Assembly (NCBI GenBank): GCA_007121075.1
Contig: SKMK01000042.1
Location: forward strand, 2,098 to 66,097
From: Syntrophomonadaceae bacterium
GTDB taxonomy: Bacteria > Bacillota > Dethiobacteria > DTU022
Direction of reading: 5' to 3'
DNA: 64,000 bases
This document shows, piece after piece, positions 9,217 to 18,286 of the stretch; position 1 is the first letter of the stretch, and each line of letters starts with the position of its first letter. Below the pieces are notes generated by a model. That model searched no databases and had not been told where the DNA came from. It saw only the letters and a list, made by a program, of their open reading frames with translations. The position numbers and the translations under genes were made by a program.

Positions 9217-10272
9217 TTGAACCCTTCTGAAATACAATGGAGCTTTGCTGTTAGGCTTATAACCCTGCTCATAGTCCTGGGCGGGGCAGTTTTATTGCTG
9301 CACAGTATTTCCTGGGTCGTTGGACTGCTCCTGGTAAGCACTCTGATCGTTTATATCTTCTATCCACTGCTGGTTTTTCTAAAAAAACGTTTTAACATTA
9401 AACATGGTCCTGCCACAGGACTGGTTTTTTTAACTTTCTTGTTCTGTTGTGCTTTTATTGTCAGCCTGCTTGTCCCGGTTATTTATTTTGAAGCCACTGA
9501 GCTTGCAGAAAGATTTCCCCATTACATGACCCTGTTTCAGGAATATATCTCCTGGTTATCCCAGCAGATCATAATTTTTGAGGTTGAAGAGGAGGTAAGA
9601 GATTATCTGATAGGGCTATCAGATAATATTTACCAGGGGGTCGAATATCTTGCTGAAGCATCTCTTCAACTCATATCCGGAGCCGTTGATTTCTTTTTGA
9701 TTCTTTTTATAGTTTTTTATTTGCTTTTTGATTTCCACCTGATCAGGGAGCAATTTATTGACATTGTTCCCGTCAAACAAAGGCCCCTGGTAAAAGAGCT
9801 GCTCGGTGTTCTGGATTCAAATGTAGGTATATTTATCAGGGGCTCTTTGATACGCTGCTTCGCTGTGGGAGTCATAACCAGTATTGTATTGTTAATTATT
9901 GGCATGCCGTATGCCATGTTGCTGGGTTTAATTGCCGGCATCTTTAATTTTATTCTCTACATCGGCCCTTATATCGCTGCTGTTCCGGCCTTGCTGCTCA
10001 GCTTTTCCCCTTTGACTCCTTCACCGCTCCTGGTTATTGTCATTTATATTGCCATTCAAGCCCTTGACGGCATGTTTCTGGCCCCGGTTGTTCTGGGTAA
10101 GGTAATAAAGCTTCGCCCGATTACCATTATCGTTTCTATTCTGGCCGGTGGGAGCCTGGCCGGCCTGCTGGGTATGATCCTCGCTGTTCCTGTTGCCGGA
10201 ACCCTGAGGGGAGTTTTAGAAATAATTAAAAGAAACCCGGCCTACCAGGAAGATTCTGAAGCTAATTATTAA
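9217..10272 (+). CDS. AI-2E family transporter
   Basis: Multiple TM helices; NFILYIGPYIA and GLLGMILAVPV signatures. Confidence 0.88.
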   Translation: MNPSEIQWSFAVRLITLLIVLGGAVLLLHSISWVVGLLLVSTLIVYIFYPLLVFLKKRFNIKHGPATGLVFLTFLFCCAFIVSLLVPVIYFEATELAERFPHYMTLFQEYISWLSQQIIIFEVEEEVRDYLIGLSDNIYQGVEYLAEASLQLISGAVDFFLILFIVFYLLFDFHLIREQFIDIVPVKQRPLVKELLGVLDSNVGIFIRGSLIRCFAVGVITSIVLLIIGMPYAMLLGLIAGIFNFILYIGPYIAAVPALLLSFSPLTPSPLLVIVIYIAIQALDGMFLAPVVLGKVIKLRPITIIVSILAGGSLAGLLGMILAVPVAGTLRGVLEIIKRNPAYQEDSEANY

Positions 10273-10341
10273 GATGGGGTTCACCCGGCAGCGGGTATAT
10301 ACAATGATGCTGGTTTTTAACCAGGTTAATCCGATTCTAGC

Positions 10342-10370
10342 TTGCCTTGCCTTGTTACTTATGCTATTAT
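10342..10370 (+). promoter_or_regulatory. Putative sigma-A promoter of rpsF-ssb-rpsR
   Basis: TTGCCT-17 bp-TATTAT with an extended TG. Confidence 0.6.
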
Positions 10371-10382
10371 GTTCCAGGCAAA

Positions 10383-10422
10383 TCCCTGCTCCTATAAGGG
10401 GCCGTAAGTCCAGAGGGAGGTG
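10383..10422 (+). ncRNA. S6:S18 autoregulatory leader of rpsF
   Basis: TCCCT...GGGGCCGTAAGTCC...AGGGAGG: CCG bulge, small hairpin and pairing with the SD, as in Firmicutes rpsF leaders. Confidence 0.7.
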
Positions 10423-10429
10423 ATATTGA

Positions 10430-10927
10430 ATGGGACTTTATGAAATTATGTTCATTATCCGTCCTGAGATGGAGACGGAAGAACATGAAGAAGTGCTGAA
10501 TGGTTTAAAAAACACCATCACCGGGAACGGTGGAACAGTCGACAAGTTTGTTGACTGGCGCAAGCGCCGGCTTGCTTACGAAATCGAAGATCACGTAGAA
10601 GGCCACTATTACCTGGTTTACTTCAATGGGCATGGCATCATTATTCCAGAGATAGAACACTTTTTTAAAGTTAATGATGCGATTTTCCGCTTCCTGGTTG
10701 TCCGTGTTGAAGAGGACTACTATGAAGCTGCTATTGCAGAAGAGCCTGCAGCAGAAGAGGAGATTACAGCGCCGGTTGAGCCTGAAGAAGAGGGTGAGCC
10801 GGCAGCCCCTGCCGTTGATGCCGATCAGGAGCCTGAGCAGTCAGAAACTGCTGCAGAACCTTCAGATTCTGAAGAAACTGGTAACACTGAAGAAGAACAG
10901 CCGGCTAAAGAGGCTGATAAAGAGTAA
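10430..10927 (+). CDS. rpsF: 30S ribosomal protein S6 with long acidic C-terminal tail
   Basis: [24 protein letters not shown]; operon with ssb-rpsR. Confidence 0.95.
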   Translation: MGLYEIMFIIRPEMETEEHEEVLNGLKNTITGNGGTVDKFVDWRKRRLAYEIEDHVEGHYYLVYFNGHGIIIPEIEHFFKVNDAIFRFLVVRVEEDYYEAAIAEEPAAEEEITAPVEPEEEGEPAAPAVDADQEPEQSETAAEPSDSEETGNTEEEQPAKEADKE

Positions 10928-10947
10928 AACCGGGAGGTCTGTCGAAC

Positions 10948-11355
10948 ATGTTGAACCAGGTTGTGTTGATCGGTCGTTTAACCCATGATCCTGAGCTGCG
11001 GTACACAGCCGGCAGTGGAGTGCCGGTTACAACTTTTACCCTTGCCGTTGATCGTCCGTTTACCAACCAGCAGGGCGAGAGAGAAGCAGACTTTATTAAA
11101 ATTGTGACCTGGCGCAAACAGGCCGAAAATTGCGCCAACTACCTTAAAAAAGGCAGCCAATGTGCTGTTAGCGGGCGTTTACAAATTCGCTCTTTTGATG
11201 ATAGCCAGGGTGTAAGACGTAAAGTAGCCGAAGTTGTAGCTAATGATGTTCGTTTCCTGGATCGGCCCCGCAGTTCTGAACAGTCTGGCCAGGAGGAAGT
11301 TTCCGGTGGAGATGTTGATGACCTGGAGATCAGTGGAGACGACGTTCCTTTTTAG
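10948..11355 (+). CDS. ssb: Single-stranded DNA-binding protein
   Basis: [19 protein letters not shown]; C-terminal DDVPF. Confidence 0.97.
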   Translation: MLNQVVLIGRLTHDPELRYTAGSGVPVTTFTLAVDRPFTNQQGEREADFIKIVTWRKQAENCANYLKKGSQCAVSGRLQIRSFDDSQGVRRKVAEVVANDVRFLDRPRSSEQSGQEEVSGGDVDDLEISGDDVPF

Positions 11356-11373
11356 TGGAAGGAGGGTGATTAG

Positions 11374-11604
11374 ATGAGGCGTGATCGAGGAAGAAAGCCG
11401 AAAAAAAAGATCTGCAGCTTTTGTGTAGATAAAGTTGAGAACATAGATTACAAGGAATATGACAAGCTAAAACGGTTTATGACTGAAAGAGGGAAAGTGC
11501 TTCCGCGTCGTATTTCTGGCAATTGTGCCAGGCACCAGCGACAGTTGACCAGGGCAATAAAAAGGGCCAGAATTATGGCTTTGCTGCCTTATACCACAGA
11601 GTAA
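11374..11604 (+). CDS. rpsR: 30S ribosomal protein S18 (zinc-binding type)
   Basis: [25 protein letters not shown]. Confidence 0.97.
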   Translation: MRRDRGRKPKKKICSFCVDKVENIDYKEYDKLKRFMTERGKVLPRRISGNCARHQRQLTRAIKRARIMALLPYTTE

Positions 11605-11624
11605 TGCCAAGACAATTGGTTTCA

Positions 11625-11666
11625 GACGGTGCCGGGACTTGATCCGGGCACCGTCGTTTTTATTTT
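11625..11666 (+). terminator. Rho-independent terminator after rpsR
   Basis: GACGGTGCC...GGCACCGTC with T tract. Confidence 0.8.
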
Positions 11667-11678
11667 AAGTGCAAATGT

Positions 11679-11707
11679 GCAGGAGTAGCCATGTAAGGGG
11701 AGAATTT
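11679..11707 (+). promoter_or_regulatory. Putative sigma-H promoter upstream of rplI-dnaB
   Basis: GCAGGA-17 bp-GAATTT. Confidence 0.45.
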
Positions 11708-11832
11708 ATTAGCCAGGGTTACAATATAATTAAATCCCGGGTTTCGCCTGGAATGAGTGAACAGGAGAAGCGGCTGAATGCAGGCAAATAAGAGGGCTGC
11801 TGACTCGTAAGGGCGGAAAGGAGTGATTGGTG

Positions 11833-12279
11833 ATGCAAATAATACTGCAGCAAGATGTTCCAAATCTTGGTAAAAAAGGGGACTTGAAGGACGTGGCACC
11901 CGGCTATGCGCGAAACCTTCTAATTCCCAGGGGGATGGCTTTAGAGGCAACCCCGCAGAGGATTCGAGAGTGGAAGAAGCGGCAGGAAAAAGAAGAAATG
12001 CTTAACCGGCAGCAGGAAGAGCAAGCCCGGAACCAAGCGGAAAAATTAAAGGAAGTAGAACTGGTGATCAAAATGCCTGCCGGTGATGGTGGACGCCTCT
12101 TTGGTTCGGTGACTCCGGCCGATATTGCCGGTAAATTATCTGAAATTGGCTTTGATGTAGATAAAAAAGATATCGAAGTTGACGGACCCATCAAGAGCCT
12201 GGGCAGCCATATTGTATCCTTGAAGCTGCATCCCGGTATCAAAGCCGAGATTTCCATAAAAGTGGAACAAGAGGCTTAA
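11833..12279 (+). CDS. rplI: 50S ribosomal protein L9
   Basis: MQIILQQDV..LGKKGD...V..GYARNLLIP, GRLFGSVT. Confidence 0.96.
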   Translation: MQIILQQDVPNLGKKGDLKDVAPGYARNLLIPRGMALEATPQRIREWKKRQEKEEMLNRQQEEQARNQAEKLKEVELVIKMPAGDGGRLFGSVTPADIAGKLSEIGFDVDKKDIEVDGPIKSLGSHIVSLKLHPGIKAEISIKVEQEA

Positions 12280-12305
12280 TATCCGCTAAAAGGAGGCAGT
12301 TCCGA

Positions 12306-13652
12306 TTGGCTGTTATCAGTGATAGGGTGCCGCCACAAAGCAAAGAAGCCGAGCAATCAGTGCTCGGATCGATGGTGCTCGATAAAGAAGCGATTTTTGC
12401 TGCGGCTGAACTTTTGGTGGAACAGGATTTTTACAGCACCGCCCATCAAAAAATCTTTTCTGGCATTATATCTTTAAGTGAAAAGGGAGAACCGGTTGAC
12501 CTGGTTACTTTATCAGAAGAACTTCAGAGCAACCAGTGTCTTGAAGAGGTCGGCGGGCGTTCGTACCTGGTTACCCTGGCCAACTCGGTCCCAACGGCGG
12601 CAAACGTACAGTACCACTCGCAGATTGTCAGGGAAAAGTCAATTCTGCGCTCCCTGATTCAAGCGGCGACTGAAATTGTTTCCCGCAGTTTTGAATCACC
12701 GCATAATGTCGATGAATTTTTAGATGAGGCGGAAAGGTTAATATTTGAAATAGGAAGCCGGGGGAAACACCAGGGTTTTGCTCCTTTAAAAGATGTGCTG
12801 GTACAAACATTCGATCGGATCGAAAAGTTATATGATGAAAAAAAAGGAGTTACCGGCCTCCCCACTGGTTTTGCCGACCTGGACCGGATGTGTTTTGGCC
12901 TCCAGGATTCCGATCTGATAATTGTGGCGGCCCGCCCCAGTATGGGGAAAACTACACTTGCCCTGAATATTGCCCAGCAAATTGCAGTCAAAGATAAAAG
13001 GCCAACTGCTTTTTTCAGCATGGAAATGTCCAGGGAACAGCTGGCCCAGCGCCTGCTCTGTGCCGAGGCACAGATTGATGCCCAAAATATGCGCAGGGGC
13101 TTTTTGTCCCAGGACGAATGGCAGAAGTTGACCAGGGCGGTGGGGCCGCTTAGCGAATCACCACTTTATATAGATGACAGTGCTTCCCTGTCTGTCATGG
13201 AAGTTAGGGCAAAAGCAAGGAGGCTTAAAGCAGAGAAAGGGTTAAATGCTATTTTTGTTGACTACCTTCAGTTGATGCGTGGCTTTAGCCGTTCTGAAAG
13301 CCGACAGCAAGAACTTTCCGAGATCTCAAGGGCGCTGAAAGGCCTGGCCAAAGAACTAAACGTTCCGGTCCTTGCTCTTTCCCAGCTCAGCAGGGCCGTG
13401 GAAAAAAGGCCCGATCGTCGTCCTATTCTCAGTGATTTAATGGAATCGGGCGGTATCGAAGCAAATGCGGATGTGGTTATGTTCATTTACCGGGAGGCAT
13501 ACTATAACAAGGAATCCGATAAAGGAAATATTGCCGAGATCAGTATAGCCAAGCAGCGCAATGGACCGACCGGCCTGGTCGAGCTATATTTCCTTGACCG
13601 GTATACCAAATTTGCCAATATTGCCAGGGAGCCGTCCGATCAAGAAGGGTGA
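12306..13652 (+). CDS. dnaB: Replicative DNA helicase (DnaB family)
   Basis: PPQSKEAEQSVLG, ARPSMGKT, VDYLQLM, LSQLSRAVE, KQRNGP; H4 motif atypical. Confidence 0.95.
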   Translation: MAVISDRVPPQSKEAEQSVLGSMVLDKEAIFAAAELLVEQDFYSTAHQKIFSGIISLSEKGEPVDLVTLSEELQSNQCLEEVGGRSYLVTLANSVPTAANVQYHSQIVREKSILRSLIQAATEIVSRSFESPHNVDEFLDEAERLIFEIGSRGKHQGFAPLKDVLVQTFDRIEKLYDEKKGVTGLPTGFADLDRMCFGLQDSDLIIVAARPSMGKTTLALNIAQQIAVKDKRPTAFFSMEMSREQLAQRLLCAEAQIDAQNMRRGFLSQDEWQKLTRAVGPLSESPLYIDDSASLSVMEVRAKARRLKAEKGLNAIFVDYLQLMRGFSRSESRQQELSEISRALKGLAKELNVPVLALSQLSRAVEKRPDRRPILSDLMESGGIEANADVVMFIYREAYYNKESDKGNIAEISIAKQRNGPTGLVELYFLDRYTKFANIAREPSDQEG

Positions 13653-13657
13653 AATTC

Positions 13658-15055
13658 ATGAATTCTGCCAACAGTTATGATGTCATTATAATCGGAGCCG
13701 GCCCGGCCGGCATTTTTGCGGCCATGGAGTTAACTTCAAATAGCGATGCCAGGGTTTTGATCATTGACAAAGGAGCCCCCCTGGAGAAGCGCAGCTGTAA
13801 AACCCAGATGGAATATGGTCGCTGCCTGCGCTGTGATCCCTGTGCCATAACTTGCGGATGGGGGGGAGCCGGTGCTTTCAGCGACGGTAAATTAACCTTG
13901 ACTCCGGCATTTGGGGGCCATTTAGAAGAATTTCTTGATCGAGAAGTGGTAGAAAAACTGATTGATGAAGTTGACCGGATTTACCTTTCTTTTGGGGCAA
14001 CAGATCAAGTATTTGGTACGGACATCGAAGCGGTAAAAAAAATGGAACGACTATCTGCGGCAGCGGGGCTCAGTCTGATCCCGGCGAAAATAAGGCACCT
14101 GGGCACCGATAATTGTTATGGTGTTCTTGAAAAAATGCAGGAGGCCTTAAAAGATCGGACTGATATTAAGATGAACACCACCGCGGAGGAACTGCTTTGT
14201 GCAAACGGAGTTATCAGTGGAGTTAAGCTGGCTTCCGGTGAGGAAGTTTATGCTGATTATATTATCTGCGGGCCCGGCAGGGTCGGAGCTGGTTGGATTT
14301 ACCGCCAGGCAAATAAACTGGGCTTAAAGGGTATCAACAACCCGGTTGATATCGGTGTCCGGGTGGAAGTTCCGGCGGTGATCATGGAAGAACTCACTTC
14401 GAAAATTTATGAATCAAAACTGGTTTATTTCACCAGCCACTTTGATGATCGGATTCGCACTTTCTGTATGAACCCATACGGAGTCGTAGTTACAGAAAAT
14501 AATGAAGGGCTGCTTACTGTAAACGGCCATAGCTTTGCCAATACAAAAACTGACAACACCAATTTCGCTTTGCTGGTCAGCAAGACTTTTACCGAACCTT
14601 TTTCTGAACCAATCAGGTATGGCCGATATATTGCCAGTCTGGCCAACATGCTAGGAGATGGAGTGATCATACAGCGGCTCGGGGACTTGCTGAAGGGTCG
14701 GAGGTCTACTCCGGAGCGAATTAAACGCGGGCTGGTCCAACCCACCCTGAAAGAGGCTACGCCGGGTGATTTAAGTTTGGTCCTGCCTTACCGCTACTTG
14801 CTGGCAATAATGGAGATGCTCGAGGTCCTGGACAAGGTGGCTCCCGGCGTGAATTCCCGCCATACCCTTTTATATGGAGTGGAAGTTAAATTTTATTCTT
14901 TCAGGCTTTGCTTGAGCCGGCAGCTGGAAACAAGGATAAGAAATCTTTTTGCAGTTGGTGACGGCGCCGGTATAACCAGGGGCCTGATTCAAGCTTCAGC
15001 AACAGGAGTACTTGCCGGACGTGAAATACTTGACAGGATGAAAGATCAAGAATGA
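13658..15055 (+). CDS. NAD(P)/FAD-dependent oxidoreductase with Cys cluster (COG2509-like)
   Basis: IIGAGPAG, CLRCDPCAITCGWGGAGAFSDGK, GDGAGITRG. Confidence 0.85.
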   Translation: MNSANSYDVIIIGAGPAGIFAAMELTSNSDARVLIIDKGAPLEKRSCKTQMEYGRCLRCDPCAITCGWGGAGAFSDGKLTLTPAFGGHLEEFLDREVVEKLIDEVDRIYLSFGATDQVFGTDIEAVKKMERLSAAAGLSLIPAKIRHLGTDNCYGVLEKMQEALKDRTDIKMNTTAEELLCANGVISGVKLASGEEVYADYIICGPGRVGAGWIYRQANKLGLKGINNPVDIGVRVEVPAVIMEELTSKIYESKLVYFTSHFDDRIRTFCMNPYGVVVTENNEGLLTVNGHSFANTKTDNTNFALLVSKTFTEPFSEPIRYGRYIASLANMLGDGVIIQRLGDLLKGRRSTPERIKRGLVQPTLKEATPGDLSLVLPYRYLLAIMEMLEVLDKVAPGVNSRHTLLYGVEVKFYSFRLCLSRQLETRIRNLFAVGDGAGITRGLIQASATGVLAGREILDRMKDQE

Positions 15056-15077
15056 TTTGTGCCGGCAATATTATGCA

Positions 15078-15106
15078 GAAGGATTAGTTACATTAGTGTC
15101 GAATTT
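15078..15106 (+). promoter_or_regulatory. Putative sigma-H promoter
   Basis: GAAGGA-17 bp-GAATTT upstream of the M23 relic. Confidence 0.5.
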
Positions 15107-15205
15107 TATATTTTAATTGTTGCTTATTTTAAAGGGGCGTCGATTGCTATTTTTGTTTAGAAAACTTAGCACCACAGGCCTGGCATCTTAGAAAGGAACA
15201 ATCAA

Positions 15206-15642
15206 ATGAAACCCGGGTCAGTAAAAATTGTGCCCGCGGGTAAAAGACCTAAACTTAAGAACCAGCCAGGACTATTTCAAGCTGTTAATATAAACATAAA
15301 ATTCATTGTCTCGAGGATTAGAGTCGGCAGGTTAAAAGCGTCATCTTTCGTCGAGGCCTTTACATTAATCCTTATTGTTGCCCTGGTTATGCAAGCTTAC
15401 ATGAGCAGTTACTAATCCTTTATCACGGCAGGTACTGGAACCTCTATCTGCATAACCATATCAATCATGTTGACAGCGGCGATAAAGTAAACCAGGGAGA
15501 TGTAATTGCCGAAGTCGGTTCCACGGGACGATCAACCGGATCACACCTCCATTTTGAAGTAAGGCGCGATGACGGCAGTGGAGAATGGCATGCCTGCTAC
15601 CAGCATAAACCTGTAGATCCCCTCAAACTTTTCAGGCCTTAA
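15206..15642 (+). pseudogene. Internally deleted M23 peptidase upstream of walR
   Basis: 69-aa ORF with TM segment (15206-15415), then in another frame LLILYHGRYWNLYLHN...VNQGDVIAEVGSTGRSTGSHLHFEVR...PVDPLKLF* ending at 15642. Confidence 0.75.
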
Positions 15643-15798
15643 AAGACACTTGCAAATAAATGTATAATCGTGGTTTACTAAATGAGGCGGCAGGTGGTTT
15701 ATGACCCGCATCTTTTTTAGTCAATATAATATAATATAATGAAGGGTTTTAGATAAATAACGCGAAGTTTTATGTTTACTAAAAACGGGGTGGTCAAT

Positions 15799-16494
15799 GT
15801 GGCTGATACAATCCTGGTAGTAGATGATGAAAAGCCTATAGTGGAAATACTTCAGTATAACCTGGAGAAAGAAGGGTATAATGTATTAACCGCATATGAC
15901 GGGGAAGAGGCCCTTAACCTGGTGGAAAAGGAAACTCCAAGTTTGATAGTATTAGATATTATGCTGCCTCAAAAAGACGGGTTTACTGTATGTCGCGAAA
16001 TACGGTCCAAATGGGACATCCCTATAATTATGTTAACAGCCAAGGAAATGGAAATGGACAAGGTTCTGGGCCTTGAACTGGGGGCGGATGATTATGTTAC
16101 AAAGCCGTTCAGCGCCCGTGAGGTTACTGCAAGAGTCAAGGCCTTGTTGCGCCGCAGTAAGCTGGAAGAACGTCATCCGGGAGATAGCAAAAACAAGATT
16201 AAAGTGGGTTCAATAGTAGTAGATCAAAACGAGATGCAGGTTTATAATTTAGGAAAACCCATAGAATTAACCCTGCGCGAGTACAACCTTTTACTTTATC
16301 TGATCATGAAACCGGGTTTTGTTTTCAGCAGGGAACAGCTTTTAGATCAAGTCTGGGGTTATGATTATATTGGAGACGATCGGACCGTAGATGTAACTAT
16401 CAGGCGGCTTCGTGAAAAACTTGAACAGGATCCCGCCCACCCGAAGTATATTAAAACAAAAAGGGGCGTTGGTTATTATTTTAGGCCGCTTTAA
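15799..16494 (+). CDS. walR: Response regulator WalR (YycF)
   Basis: ILVVDDEKPI, LDIMLP, KVLGLELGADDYVTKPFS, RTVDVTIRRLREK; followed by walK-yycH-yycI. Confidence 0.93.
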   Translation: MADTILVVDDEKPIVEILQYNLEKEGYNVLTAYDGEEALNLVEKETPSLIVLDIMLPQKDGFTVCREIRSKWDIPIIMLTAKEMEMDKVLGLELGADDYVTKPFSAREVTARVKALLRRSKLEERHPGDSKNKIKVGSIVVDQNEMQVYNLGKPIELTLREYNLLLYLIMKPGFVFSREQLLDQVWGYDYIGDDRTVDVTIRRLREKLEQDPAHPKYIKTKRGVGYYFRPL

Positions 16495-18286
16495 CTTTTT
16501 TAACAGCCTCCAGTGGAAAATAATTTTTATTTACCTCACCTTAATTCTTTTTTCTCTTCAATTAATCAGCGTCTACCTGGTCCAATCCCTGGAGCAATAC
16601 TATTTGAGCAACTACAAGGATAACCTGGAAAACCAGGCCCGGTTGCTTTCGGCTTTTATTAAACCCGGCTTTGGTGAAGGGGAGGAGTGGGCGGAAGACA
16701 CTGTCCGTTTGGCCCGGGAGTTCAGAGATTTACATGAAATGGAAATTATCGTCCTCGATAACTATGCCCAGATTGTGGGAACTTCCGGCAGTCAGGCTAA
16801 TGTGGGACGCCGATTAATCCGGGATGAAATAACCCGGGCCCTTGCCGGCACCCTCAGCGACAATATGCGCTATGATCCGGTGAATGAAGAAAGACGTTAT
16901 TATATGGCTTATCCGATCGAAAATAATCAGCGGATAATCGGGATTATTTATTTAAGCGGCTCATTGAGATCAGTAGATGAAACTTTGAGCGAAGTAAAAA
17001 CAATCCTCCTCAGCGGGGTGGGTCTGGCCCTGGCTGTAAGTTTTTTACTGGGGATTGTTTTGACAAGGACAATTACTCTACCGATCAAGGAAGTGACCGG
17101 TCAAGCTCATGAAATGGCCGGAGGTGACTTTTCCCGTAAAATTAAAGTTCAAACTTCCGATGAAATTGGAGAGCTCGGGGAGACCTTTAATTACCTGGCA
17201 GAACGCCTCAGCCATACTATAGATGAAATGTCAACCGAAAAGAACAAGGTGGAAGCGATTATTAATAATATGAGTGAAGGGGTGGCCGCCCTTAACGGCA
17301 AAGGGCAACTAATCCAAATAAACCCTTCCGCCCGTCGACTAATAAAGCACCTTAACCTGAAGGTGCCGGCATTAAACCGTTCCGGGTTTGGCCTGCTGCG
17401 AAGCCTGATCGGTTCAGAAGCCACCCGCCGCTTTGTCAGGAAACAAGAACCACTTACAGCTGAGATATCCAGCCAGGATCCGGCTAGTACCATGCAGGTG
17501 AAAATTGCTCCTTTTAAAGTTGATAAAGGCAAGCTTGACGGGACCCTGATCGTACTTCACGATATTACCAGGGAAAGAGAACTGACCCGACGGCAAGAAG
17601 AGTTTGTGGCTGATGTATCTCATGAGCTCAGGACTCCCCTGGCAACGGTAAAAAGTTATGTGGAAACATTGCTGGATGGCGCGGCTGAAGATCCCCAGGC
17701 ACGCACACGGTTTTTAAATGTTCTGGCCAAAGAAACAGAGAGGATGGTCAGCATGGTTAAAGATTTGCTGGTTTTATCCCAGATGGACTCAAACCGGGTG
17801 GACTGGAAAAAAACTGAGGTGGATCTCAGAAGCACGGCCCTTGAAGCTGCCGGGCAGGCCAGGCAAAAACTTAGAGGCGAACTGCCTGCTGTTAATGTAA
17901 TGATAGAACCCGATTTTCCAAAAGCCTTTGCGGATCGGGACAAGATGATGAGAGTATTTATTAACCTGCTAAATAACGCCCTTAAATATACTCCGCCTGA
18001 TGGTAAAGTAAGAGTTAGCGCCATAGAACAGGATCATTACATCAAAGTCTCCATTGAAGATAACGGCAGCGGTATAAGCGAAGAAGAGCTGCCCCGTATA
18101 TTTGAAAGGTTCTACAGGGTTGAAAAGACTCGAAGCCGGGACTTTGGCGGGACCGGTCTTGGCCTGTCCATAGCCCGTAAAATAATCGAGGCCCATGGTG
18201 GCAAAATATGGATAGACAGTGCGCCTGGAGCAGGAACAAAAGTCTCTTTTACCATGCCTGGAATTTCAGGAGAGGGAGTTGAATGA
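16469..18286 (+). CDS. walK: Sensor histidine kinase WalK (YycG)
   Basis: 2 TM helices, HAMP, PAS, DVSHELRTPL, GGTGLGLSIA; start uncertain (TTG 16469). Confidence 0.9.
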   Translation: MVIILGRFNFFNSLQWKIIFIYLTLILFSLQLISVYLVQSLEQYYLSNYKDNLENQARLLSAFIKPGFGEGEEWAEDTVRLAREFRDLHEMEIIVLDNYAQIVGTSGSQANVGRRLIRDEITRALAGTLSDNMRYDPVNEERRYYMAYPIENNQRIIGIIYLSGSLRSVDETLSEVKTILLSGVGLALAVSFLLGIVLTRTITLPIKEVTGQAHEMAGGDFSRKIKVQTSDEIGELGETFNYLAERLSHTIDEMSTEKNKVEAIINNMSEGVAALNGKGQLIQINPSARRLIKHLNLKVPALNRSGFGLLRSLIGSEATRRFVRKQEPLTAEISSQDPASTMQVKIAPFKVDKGKLDGTLIVLHDITRERELTRRQEEFVADVSHELRTPLATVKSYVETLLDGAAEDPQARTRFLNVLAKETERMVSMVKDLLVLSQMDSNRVDWKKTEVDLRSTALEAAGQARQKLRGELPAVNVMIEPDFPKAFADRDKMMRVFINLLNNALKYTPPDGKVRVSAIEQDHYIKVSIEDNGSGISEEELPRIFERFYRVEKTRSRDFGGTGLGLSIARKIIEAHGGKIWIDSAPGAGTKVSFTMPGISGEGVE

